Assembly: GCF_000008625.1 (NCBI RefSeq)
Contig: NC_000918.1
Coordinates: forward strand, 120,001 to 152,000
Length of the DNA: 32,000 nt
Direction: 5' to 3'
Source of the DNA: Aquifex aeolicus VF5
Lineage (GTDB): Bacteria; Aquificota; Aquificia; Aquificales; Aquificaceae
Shown: positions 16,575 through 24,274 of the stretch, piece after piece
Position numbering within the stretch: the first letter of the stretch is position 1
Layout of the letters: every line of letters begins with the position of its first letter
The notes under the pieces: generated by a model
What the model was told of the DNA's origin: nothing
What the model saw: the letters and a program-made list of their open reading frames with translations, nothing else
Database searches by the model: none
Translations under genes and position numbers: made by a program

Positions 16575-18900
16575 CGTCCGTGAACTTGGGTCTTCCCTGT
16601 TCGTCTATTTCAACAACTTTGACTTTTACTACGTCTCCTACCTTGTACTTTTGCCTTGCATCCTTTACCCTTTCCTTCATCTTTGAAACATGCAAGAGTC
16701 CCACCTTTCCGGGGGCGTACTCTATGAAGGCACCGTATGGCTCTACTCTAACAACTTTACCTTCGTATACATCTCCTACTTTAGGTTTTACCTCCTTCTT
16801 TTCGGTACCTACGTCTTCTATCCCTATTGTTGTAAACCTCGGTCTTCCAAGTTCGTCGAGGTCTAGAACCTTAACTATTATTTCCTCTCCTACTTTGTAC
16901 TTTTCGGTTGCGCTCCTTACGGGTTCTGCCATCTTGGAAACGTGGAGGAGTCCTATCTTTCCTGGCCAGAGTTCAACGAACACTCCGTACGGTTCTACCC
17001 TCGTTATGGTTCCCTTGTAAACGGCACCTACCTCAACTTCCCTTACTATGTCCTGAATCATTTGTTTGGCTTTTTCCACGTCACCGCCGGGAAATACAAA
17101 AAGGTAAACCTTTCCTTGTTCACCTACCCATACCTTAACGCCCGTCTCGTCGTAAATCTTCTTAACGGTTGAACCGCCCGGCCCTATTATGAGGGGAGCT
17201 TTTTCTTCGGGAACGTCTACAACTTCAACCTTCGGCGTGTAGGGGTGAGGCTCTTTTCTCGGCTCGGGTATAGCTTCGTACATCTTCTCAAGTATGTAGA
17301 GCCTTCCTTCCCTTGCCTGTTTAAGAGCGTCGAGCATTATCTCTTTTGTAATTCCCTTTACCTTTATGTCCATTTGAACGGAAGTAATTCCGTCTTTAGT
17401 TCCCGCAACCTTGAAGTCCATATCGCCGAGGTGGTCCTCGTCCCCCAGTATGTCAGAGAGTATAACGTATCTGTCCTTTTCAAGGATAAGTCCCATGGCT
17501 ATGCCGGCCACATGTTTGTTGTCCTTCATGGGAACGCCGGCGTCAAAGAGAGCCAAGGATGCACCACAAACCGTGGCCATGGAAGTGGAGCCGTTAGACT
17601 CGAGTATGTCGGACACAACCCTTATTATGAAGGGGTACTCCTCTTCGGGAGGAAGTAATGGTTCTATTGCCCTCTCCGCAAGGGCTCCGTGTCCGATTTC
17701 CCTTCTCCTCGGAGGACCCCAGGGTTTTGCCTCACCAACGGAAAAGGGAGGCATACTGTAGTGGAGCATGAATCTCTTGAAGACTTCCCCTTCCGCTATG
17801 GTTTCTATTATCAGGGCTTCGTCCGGTGTTCCGAGGGTTACCGTAACGTAAGCCTGCGTCTGTCCTCTTGTAAATATGGCATTTCCGTGGGGTCTTTCGA
17901 AGGGATGTACCTCTATCCATATAGGTCTTATCTCGTTGGGTTTCCTTCCGTCTATCCTTACGCCTTCTTTTAGAACCTTTTCACGCATTAACCTGCTTTC
18001 GAGTTTCTTGTAGAAGTACTTAACCGCAAAGTGAAGTTCTTCGGGGATTTGGTGAGCTTCTATAAATTCCTCAACTATCTTGTCTAAGGTTGAATACCTT
18101 TCTTTTTTATCTTTTATGTTAAAGGCCTCAAGGATTTTTGGAGTACACTCTTCTTCAAGGGCCTTGAGTATATCTTCGGGAAGTTCAACCTTCTGATACT
18201 CAAACTTGGGTTTCCCTACCTTTTCCCTCAGTCTTTCCTGAGCTTCTATAACCTCCTTTATTGCGTCAAGTCCGAAGAACAGGGCGTCTGCGAGAACCTC
18301 TTCTGGTATCTCCTTTCCTCCGCCTTCCACCATTACGATGGCGTCTTTTGTTCCCGCCATTACTATGTCGAGATCCGCTTCCTTCCTCTGTTCGTAGGTG
18401 GGGTTAGCCACGAACTCCCCGTTTACCCTACAGACTCTGACTCCCGCGATGGGACCTTCGAAGGGAATTCTGGATATGTGGAGGGCTGCGGAAGCACCGG
18501 TTATTGCAAGAACGTCCGGGTCGTACTTATCATCCGCGGATAAAGTGAGGGCGGTTATTATAACATCGTGGAAAAATCCTTCGGGAAAGAGAGGTCTTAT
18601 TGGTCTGTCTATTACTCTGGAGACCAATATCTCCCTGTCGGTGGGTTTTCCTTCCCTCTTTGTGAAGCCTCCGGGTATCCTACCGTACGCAGAAGCCCTT
18701 TCCCTGTAGTCTACCGCCAGGGGGGTAAAGTCAACGTCCGTTATGGGCTCGTCCGACATAACCGCGGTCACGAGAACCGCGGTACCGCCCTGCCTGACTA
18801 CTACGGAACCGTCGGTGAGTTTTGCGTACTTTCCAGTCTCTATAATAATAGGCTCTTCGGAGTTTCCTATCCTCGCTTTTTCCTCCACACTCATGTTCAC
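16567..18900 (-). CDS. pnp: Polynucleotide phosphorylase with two tandem C-terminal S1 domains
   Basis: 777 aa comprising two RNase PH domains, one KH domain ([11 protein letters not shown]) and two S1 repeats. The GTG at 18900 overlaps the rpsO stop (GTGA); the ATG two codons downstream (18894) is an alternative start. Confidence 0.92.
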   Translation of the reverse strand: MNMSVEEKARIGNSEEPIIIETGKYAKLTDGSVVVRQGGTAVLVTAVMSDEPITDVDFTPLAVDYRERASAYGRIPGGFTKREGKPTDREILVSRVIDRPIRPLFPEGFFHDVIITALTLSADDKYDPDVLAITGASAALHISRIPFEGPIAGVRVCRVNGEFVANPTYEQRKEADLDIVMAGTKDAIVMVEGGGKEIPEEVLADALFFGLDAIKEVIEAQERLREKVGKPKFEYQKVELPEDILKALEEECTPKILEAFNIKDKKERYSTLDKIVEEFIEAHQIPEELHFAVKYFYKKLESRLMREKVLKEGVRIDGRKPNEIRPIWIEVHPFERPHGNAIFTRGQTQAYVTVTLGTPDEALIIETIAEGEVFKRFMLHYSMPPFSVGEAKPWGPPRRREIGHGALAERAIEPLLPPEEEYPFIIRVVSDILESNGSTSMATVCGASLALFDAGVPMKDNKHVAGIAMGLILEKDRYVILSDILGDEDHLGDMDFKVAGTKDGITSVQMDIKVKGITKEIMLDALKQAREGRLYILEKMYEAIPEPRKEPHPYTPKVEVVDVPEEKAPLIIGPGGSTVKKIYDETGVKVWVGEQGKVYLFVFPGGDVEKAKQMIQDIVREVEVGAVYKGTITRVEPYGVFVELWPGKIGLLHVSKMAEPVRSATEKYKVGEEIIVKVLDLDELGRPRFTTIGIEDVGTEKKEVKPKVGDVYEGKVVRVEPYGAFIEYAPGKVGLLHVSKMKERVKDARQKYKVGDVVKVKVVEIDEQGRPKFTDDV

Positions 18901-19169
18901 TTAACCTTGAGGTTTAGTTTTTGAACTACTTCCAGATACTTTGCGTAATCGGTTTCCCTCAAGTACTCAAGAAGCTTCCTTCTTTTGTTTACCATAGCAA
19001 TCAATCCCCTTCTGGAGTGTATGTCTTTTTTATGCTTCTTCATGTGTTCTGTGAGCCTGTTTATACGCTCCGTTAGTATGGCTATCTGAACTTCGGGAGA
19101 ACCTGTATCTTGCTCGTGTCTCTGGAACTGTCTTATCAAGTCCCACTTAACGTCCTTGGGCAGAACCAT
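18897..19169 (-). CDS. rpsO: 30S ribosomal protein S15
   Basis: 90 aa. The sequence [50 protein letters not shown] is a canonical S15 pattern. SD GGAGGT lies upstream. Confidence 0.95.
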   Translation of the reverse strand: MVLPKDVKWDLIRQFQRHEQDTGSPEVQIAILTERINRLTEHMKKHKKDIHSRRGLIAMVNKRRKLLEYLRETDYAKYLEVVQKLNLKVK

Positions 19170-19213
19170 CTTCCCATATACCTCCGTCTTTTCTTAGAAT
19201 TGAGCAAATAAAT

Positions 19214-19244
19214 ATTATAAGGAATTTTTAAGTAGTTTTGTAAA
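19214..19244 (-). promoter_or_regulatory. Possible sigma-70-type promoter of rpsO-pnp-dut (TTTACA-N19-TATAAT)
   Basis: On the minus strand, TATAAT is at 19219-19214 and TTTACA at 19244-19239. The 19-nt spacer is longer than optimal. Confidence 0.3.
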
Positions 19245-21315
19245 AAGGAAGCTCGTTTACCTTAATGCCGTAGCCCCAGAATAGTGCATTTGCCACCGCA
19301 GGTGCTATGGGCGGAAGTCCCGGTTCTCCCACACCTCCCATGTGGGCATCGCTGTTCAGTATGTGCACTTCTATTTCTTCGGGAGCCTCATCCATTCTCA
19401 GAATGGGATAAGTGTCGAAGTTGTCGTTTACGGGCTTTCCGTCTCTGAACCTAACCCCTTCCTTTAAAAAGGCACTGAGTCCCATAATTATCGCGCTTTC
19501 CATCTGGGCTCTTATGAGCTCAGGATTTACGGTTACGGGACCTATGTCTATAGTGCAAACTACCTTGTGTACCTTTATCTTGTCCTCTTCGTAAGAGACT
19601 TCCGCAACTTGTGCCACATGACTTCCGAAAGAGTAGTGGTAAGCAAAACCCATCGCTTTTCCGTATTTCGGCTCTTTGCCCCAGCCAGCTTTTTCGGCGG
19701 TGTACTCAACAACTCTCTGTGCTCTCGGGTTTGTTTCCAAGAGTTCTAATCTCATCTCTACCGGGTCTCTGTTTGCGAGTTTTGCAAGTCTATCTATGAA
19801 GGTTTCCAGGGTAAATGCGTTGTGAGTGCTTCCCACGGAGCGCCAGAAGAACACCGGAACGGGAAGGTCTACCTTTACCCACTCCACGTGGACGTTAGGG
19901 ATTTCGTAAAACATGTTGTGAACTCCTTCAACGGCGGCTGGGTCTATAATCACCTTTCTTCCTGCCCATTCAAAAACGGAGGGTACGGCTATTTTAAAGA
20001 AGAGGGCGTTTACTTTACCATTTTCGTCCACACTCCCTGCCATTTTTGTCGCGTTCATGGGTCTGTACCATCCCGACTTTACGTCGTCCTCCCTTGTGTA
20101 TATCAATTTCACGGGTCTTTTTATCGCCTTTGATACTTCAAGGGCTTCCCTTATAAATTCAACGTTTGCCTTTCGGCCAAAACCACCACCGAGGTAAGTG
20201 GTAATCACCTTTATCTTCTCCTCCGGAAGCCCTGTTATTTCCTTCGCCACGTTCAGTGTGGCAGTCTGGGCTTGAGTGGGTGCGAATATTAAACACTCGT
20301 CTTCTTTAACGTGCACGGTACAGTTCATAGGTTCCATGGTGGCGTGGTAGAGGTAAGGAAGGACGTAGGTTTCCTCAATCTTTTTCTTTGAATTCTTGAG
20401 AACTTCTTCCGGCTTCCCGTCTTTTCTGGCAACTATTCCCTTTTCTTGGAGCTTTTTCAAGTAATATTCCTTAAACTTCTCATCGTCCCAGCCATCTATG
20501 GGTGATTCTTCCCACTCAACCTGAATCTTCTCCCTAGCCTCCAGGCAGTCTTCTAAACTTTCACCGCAAATAGCAAGACCCGTTGATATGGGAACGAGTT
20601 TTACGTTATTGACCTCTCCCTTATATCCTTTCAACTTAGCTCCGAAGGGTGCCCTCTCCACAACAGCGTAAACCATACCTTCCATAAAGGTGTCTATTCC
20701 GAACTTCGCCCTCCCGTTTACTTTTTCGGGAACGTCTATTCTGGGGACACTTTTTCCTATGTATATGAACTCCTCTTTTGTCTTTAGTCTCGGATTGGTT
20801 GGTATCCTTTCCCTGAAGGCTTTTTCCGCAAAAGCACCATAAGGGTATTTTTCTCCTGTTTTCAGGTTTTCAATAAATCCCTGCTTAGCCCTTAAATACT
20901 TCTTCTCCACTCCGAGTTCTTTTGATGCTGCGGAAAGGAGCATTTCCTTCATAGACGCTCCTACGAACCTCAAAAAGTCGTACATGTGTCTTACGCTCGT
21001 ACTTCCTCCCGTGAGCTGCACTCCCCACTTTGGATCTACGTACTTTTTACCCGCGGGTGCGGGTTCTACCTTTACCCTTTCCCAAGGAAAGTCAAGTTCA
21101 TCAGCGAGTATTTGGGGAAGTCCCGTGTAAACTCCCTGTCCCATTTCAGATTTATTGACGAGAACGGTCAGGTAGTTGTCCTCCGAGAGTTTTATCCAGA
21201 GTTCCGGAGCGTAATTTGGCAGCACTTCATCTGCTTTCAAAAGCCTGTAGCCGTCAGAGGTGAGCACTACGGCAAGAGCCAGACCGCCTTTTATAAAATC
21301 TCTCCTGCTTATCAT
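19228..21315 (-). CDS. Molybdopterin-binding large subunit of an aldehyde oxidase/xanthine dehydrogenase-family hydroxylase (IorB-like), TAT-exported
   Basis: The likely start is the ATG at 21315 ([17 protein letters not shown], a twin-arginine signal), which overlaps the small-subunit stop as ATGA. The 25 extra N-terminal codons in the ORF track lie inside the small-subunit gene. The body has IorB/CoxL-like segments (GGGFGRK, GVGEPGLPP). Confidence 0.8.
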   Translation of the reverse strand: MISRRDFIKGGLALAVVLTSDGYRLLKADEVLPNYAPELWIKLSEDNYLTVLVNKSEMGQGVYTGLPQILADELDFPWERVKVEPAPAGKKYVDPKWGVQLTGGSTSVRHMYDFLRFVGASMKEMLLSAASKELGVEKKYLRAKQGFIENLKTGEKYPYGAFAEKAFRERIPTNPRLKTKEEFIYIGKSVPRIDVPEKVNGRAKFGIDTFMEGMVYAVVERAPFGAKLKGYKGEVNNVKLVPISTGLAICGESLEDCLEAREKIQVEWEESPIDGWDDEKFKEYYLKKLQEKGIVARKDGKPEEVLKNSKKKIEETYVLPYLYHATMEPMNCTVHVKEDECLIFAPTQAQTATLNVAKEITGLPEEKIKVITTYLGGGFGRKANVEFIREALEVSKAIKRPVKLIYTREDDVKSGWYRPMNATKMAGSVDENGKVNALFFKIAVPSVFEWAGRKVIIDPAAVEGVHNMFYEIPNVHVEWVKVDLPVPVFFWRSVGSTHNAFTLETFIDRLAKLANRDPVEMRLELLETNPRAQRVVEYTAEKAGWGKEPKYGKAMGFAYHYSFGSHVAQVAEVSYEEDKIKVHKVVCTIDIGPVTVNPELIRAQMESAIIMGLSAFLKEGVRFRDGKPVNDNFDTYPILRMDEAPEEIEVHILNSDAHMGGVGEPGLPPIAPAVANALFWGYGIKVNELPFYKTT

Positions 21316-21770
21316 ACTTTTACCTCCCTCATCATCTGGGCAGCCCTCTGAACAGCCCTTACAATCCTCAGGTAAGTCCCGCACCTGCACAGGTGTGAAG
21401 ACATGACACTTACTATTTCCTCTTTTGAAGGGTTCGGATTTTTACTCAGAAGTGCATAGGCTTCCACTATTTGTCCGGGCTGGCAGTATCCGCACTGGGG
21501 AACCTGAAGTTCAATCCATGCCCTTTTAACAGGGTGTTCTTCGGGAATTCCCTCGATGGTTATTATTTCTTTTCATTCCGCTTCCTTGACTGGGTACTGA
21601 CAGCTCCTCACAGGATTTCCGTCTATTAAAACGGTGCAGGAACCGCATATTCCCTTACCGCATCCGAACTTCGTCCCGGTAAGTCTCAACCTCTCCCTTA
21701 TTACCCAGAGGAGAGGCGTATCAGGACTTACATTTACTTCGTACATTTTTCCGTTTACTTTTAAAAGCAT
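21312..21770 (-). CDS. [2Fe-2S] small subunit of the Mo-hydroxylase (IorA/CoxS-like), interrupted by an in-frame TGA at 21573-21575
   Basis: N-terminal half: [12 protein letters not shown]...[22 protein letters not shown] (plant-type 2Fe-2S). After the TGA the same frame continues as [42 protein letters not shown]...[15 protein letters not shown]...KV*, which carries the second 2Fe-2S motif. The likely start is the ATG at 21770, just after GGAGGT; the track start is 21782. Confidence 0.6.
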
Positions 21771-21803
21771 TCCTACCTCCATAAGTTTTAAATTTAATTG
21801 ATA

Positions 21804-23150
21804 ATGATTCTTTTGGTTGAAGATGACGACAACTTAAGGGAACTCCTTAAGAAAAAACTCGAAGAACACTTCGTGGTAGAAACTGCAAAAGACGGAAAGA
21901 CGGCAAGGGAGAAGTTAAGTAAAAATAACTACGACGTTGTTCTCCTCGATATAAGACTTCCCGACGTAGACGGAACAGAACTTTTGAAAGAGTTTTCAAC
22001 GAGCGGGGTTAAGTTCATAGTGATTACCGGCTACGGAGACGTAAAAACGGCCGTCCAATGTGTAAAACTGGGAGCCTACGACTTTATCCAAAAACCTTTT
22101 AACTTTGAACTACTGGAAGTAACTATAAGAAGGGCACTTAAAGAGAAAAGACTGGAGGAGGAAAACAGGACGTTAAAGAGCTTCCTCTTTAAGGAAAAGG
22201 AAGAAGATTACCTGCTGGAAACCAGAAGTCCAAAGTTCAGGGAAGTTTTAGAAATAGCGAGGAGGATTGCAAATACAGACCTTCCCGTGCTCATACGCGG
22301 AGAGACGGGAGTGGGGAAGGAAGTTCTTGCTAAATATATACACACTATTTCAAATAGGAAGGACAAACCTTTCGTGGTAGTGGATTGCACCTCTATACCC
22401 GAGCACCTCTTTGAGAGCGAACTCTTTGGATACGAAAAGGGAGCCTTTACGGGGGCAAATACTAGAAAACTAGGACTTGTTGAACTCGCAAATGGCGGAA
22501 CGCTCTTTTTTGACGAAATAGGAGAAATGCCTCTCTCAATTCAAGCAAAGCTCCTGAGATTTATAGAAACTAGAAAGTTTAGAAGGGTAGGAGGTTTAAA
22601 GGATCTAGAAGTAGATGTCAAAATAATTTGCGCTACGAATAAGGATTTATACGAGAAGTCAAAGAGAGGAGAGTTCAGAGAAGACCTCTATTTTCGTATA
22701 AACACAGTGGAAATCGAAATCCCTCCTCTCAGGGAAAGAAAGGAAGACATACCCCTCCTCGTGGAGTTTTTCCTGAAGAAATATGGGAAGAAGATCAAAA
22801 AAGAAACCTTAAACGAGCTTATAAATTACCCCTGGGAGGGAAACGTAAGGGAACTTAAGAACGTAATAGAGAGGGCATGCATACTCTCAACGGGTGAGTA
22901 TATTGACGAGGCGATATGTCTCAGTAAGAAAAGCGTGAGCTGTGTGGAAAAAATGATGGAAAAACTCCCAAGTCTTGAAGAGCTTGAAGGGATGTACCTC
23001 AAGTTTCTTTACGAAAAACTGGAAGGTGATGTGGACAAAATTGCCGTTATTCTCGGCTGTAGCAGGAGAACCGTCTTCAGAAAGTTAAAGAAGTTAAGAG
23101 AGGGGAAGGTGCACTTCAAAAATGCTTCCCTTTCCGGGGGCACTCCTTAA
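21804..23150 (+). CDS. NtrC-family sigma-54-dependent response regulator (REC + AAA+ + HTH)
   Basis: The receiver domain has [13 protein letters not shown]. The AAA+ domain has [14 protein letters not shown] and FREDLYFRI. The HTH reads [19 protein letters not shown]. Start is the ATG at 21804, or the TTG at 21798 as in the track. No SD is visible. Confidence 0.9.
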   Translation: MILLVEDDDNLRELLKKKLEEHFVVETAKDGKTAREKLSKNNYDVVLLDIRLPDVDGTELLKEFSTSGVKFIVITGYGDVKTAVQCVKLGAYDFIQKPFNFELLEVTIRRALKEKRLEEENRTLKSFLFKEKEEDYLLETRSPKFREVLEIARRIANTDLPVLIRGETGVGKEVLAKYIHTISNRKDKPFVVVDCTSIPEHLFESELFGYEKGAFTGANTRKLGLVELANGGTLFFDEIGEMPLSIQAKLLRFIETRKFRRVGGLKDLEVDVKIICATNKDLYEKSKRGEFREDLYFRINTVEIEIPPLRERKEDIPLLVEFFLKKYGKKIKKETLNELINYPWEGNVRELKNVIERACILSTGEYIDEAICLSKKSVSCVEKMMEKLPSLEELEGMYLKFLYEKLEGDVDKIAVILGCSRRTVFRKLKKLREGKVHFKNASLSGGTP

Positions 23151-24113
23151 GTTTATTTTTCCCCCGTAGCTCTTTACAATGTCGTTCACTATGGCAAGTC
23201 CCAGTCCACTCCCTTCCCTCTTGTCTTTCCCGTGATAAAAGGGCAGGAATATCTTGTCCACTTCTTCGGGAGGTATGCCTTTCCCTTCATCCTCTACAAT
23301 TAAAATCAACTCCTCACCTTCTTTTTTCAGGAAAACTCTCACTTTCTTCCCCCTGTCTGATGCCTGAATTGCGTTCAGAACCAAGTTTAGAACCACGTGT
23401 CTTATGTCCGTTTCGTTTCCAAACATGTAAACGCTTTCAAGTTCTTTTTCTATAATTACTCCTCTCTCTTTTGCGTAAACTCTTAAAAGTTCAAGTACGT
23501 CTTCCACAGCCTTTTTAGTATCCACTAAATCCTTGTTGTTATCCTTCCTCGCAAAAAGCAGTAGCTTGTCAACGGTGTTTTTACAGCTAATGAGTGCATT
23601 TTTTATAACCTCTATCTCTTCACAACTTCCGCACTTTTTTTCCAGCTCCTCAAGTGCAAGGCTTATGGTCGCGAGAGGTGTGTTTAGTTGATGGGCAACT
23701 CCGAGGGCAAGGTACCCCACAGAACTGAGCTTTTGAGAAAGGCTGAAGAGGTAAAACTTTTCCTTGTCGTTCTTTATGTTTTTTATGAACTGAATTATTT
23801 TCCTGCCCTCTTCTATTGGGAAAGCACAGATTTCTACGTGAACTTCCTTGTTATCGTGGGTGTAGTGGGTATGAACCACACTGACAGCTCCTTTCCTTTT
23901 CTGGATCTCTTTTAAGGGACAGGGATGACACTCACCGTCGCAGGGCTCGTCCCTCTTGTGAGAAACAAGATAGCAAGGCTTCCCCACGACCTCCTCTTTA
24001 CTTCTGTACCCGTTTTCCTTCACGTAAGACTCGTTGGCGTAAACTATTTTGTAATCTTTGTCTATCACCACAACCTGTTCTTTAAACTTTTCAAATACCT
24101 CAAACTCCCCCAT
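23094..24113 (-). CDS. Soluble sensor histidine kinase: Cys-rich PAS-like domain + HisKA + HATPase_c
   Basis: 339 aa with no hydrophobic TM segment. The PAS-like N-terminus carries C47-x10-C58-x3-C62-x2-C65. The H-box is GVAHQLNTPLATI. The ATPase has N, G1 and G2 boxes (VLNLVLNAIQA, DEGKGI, GSGLGLAIV). The 3' end overlaps the convergent regulator gene by 57 nt. Confidence 0.85.
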   Translation of the reverse strand: MGEFEVFEKFKEQVVVIDKDYKIVYANESYVKENGYRSKEEVVGKPCYLVSHKRDEPCDGECHPCPLKEIQKRKGAVSVVHTHYTHDNKEVHVEICAFPIEEGRKIIQFIKNIKNDKEKFYLFSLSQKLSSVGYLALGVAHQLNTPLATISLALEELEKKCGSCEEIEVIKNALISCKNTVDKLLLFARKDNNKDLVDTKKAVEDVLELLRVYAKERGVIIEKELESVYMFGNETDIRHVVLNLVLNAIQASDRGKKVRVFLKKEGEELILIVEDEGKGIPPEEVDKIFLPFYHGKDKREGSGLGLAIVNDIVKSYGGKINLRSAPGKGSIFEVHLPLS

Positions 24114-24147
24114 GGGAAAAATTTCTTTCCACCGTAAGAATTTTTAA

Positions 24148-24183
24148 GTGTCAAGTTTGTCACTAAGGTGTCATTTTTGACAC
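24148..24183. promoter_or_regulatory. Two tandem 16-bp GTG-N10-CAC sites (GTGTCAAGTTTGTCAC and GTGTCATTTTTGACAC), centres 20 bp apart; candidate upstream activator sequence
   Basis: Read directly. The second site sits inside the perfect 7-4-7 palindrome GGTGTCA-TTTT-TGACACC (24167-24184). TGTCA/TGACA half-sites start at 24149, 24158, 24169 and 24178. The sites lie 45-80 bp upstream of the sigma-54 promoter. Confidence 0.5.
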
Positions 24184-24225
24184 CTGATTCTTTTCAAGTT
24201 CCTTAGAATTTCAGTGTCCAGAAAT

Positions 24226-24241
24226 TGGCACGAAAATTGCA
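24226..24241 (+). promoter_or_regulatory. Sigma-54 (-24/-12) promoter of the fccB-Rieske-fccB operon
   Basis: TGGCACGAAAATTGCA is an exact match to TGGCAC-N5-TTGCW. It ends 33 nt upstream of the ATG at 24275 (SD GGAGGT). Confidence 0.8.
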
Positions 24242-24274
24242 ATAAATACAACGAACAAAAATGGAGGTAAGAGT

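Noticed and set aside
21316-21390. 25-codon N-terminal extension of the Mo-hydroxylase large subunit in the ORF track ([16 protein letters not shown]...)
   Set aside because: This stretch lies inside the continued reading frame of the small subunit. The ATG at 21315 gives a textbook twin-arginine signal at the N-terminus and an ATGA coupling overlap.
21543-21552. Perfect palindrome GGGAATTCCC (contains an EcoRI site) inside the small-subunit gene
   Set aside because: It encodes the conserved E-G-I-P stretch after ITIEG, so it is most simply a coding coincidence. There is no flanking evidence for a regulatory or mobile-element role.
21500-21572. Possible SECIS hairpin downstream of the in-frame TGA, which would support selenocysteine
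   Set aside because: Only weak structures are visible. One is GGGAAUUCCC (3 bp with an AAUU loop, extendable only with a bulge). The other is CCCU-GUUAAA-AGGG (4 bp). Neither resembles the long stem with a G/U-containing apical loop of bacterial SECIS elements, and the position is not a catalytic site in this family. I keep it as an open check rather than a claim.
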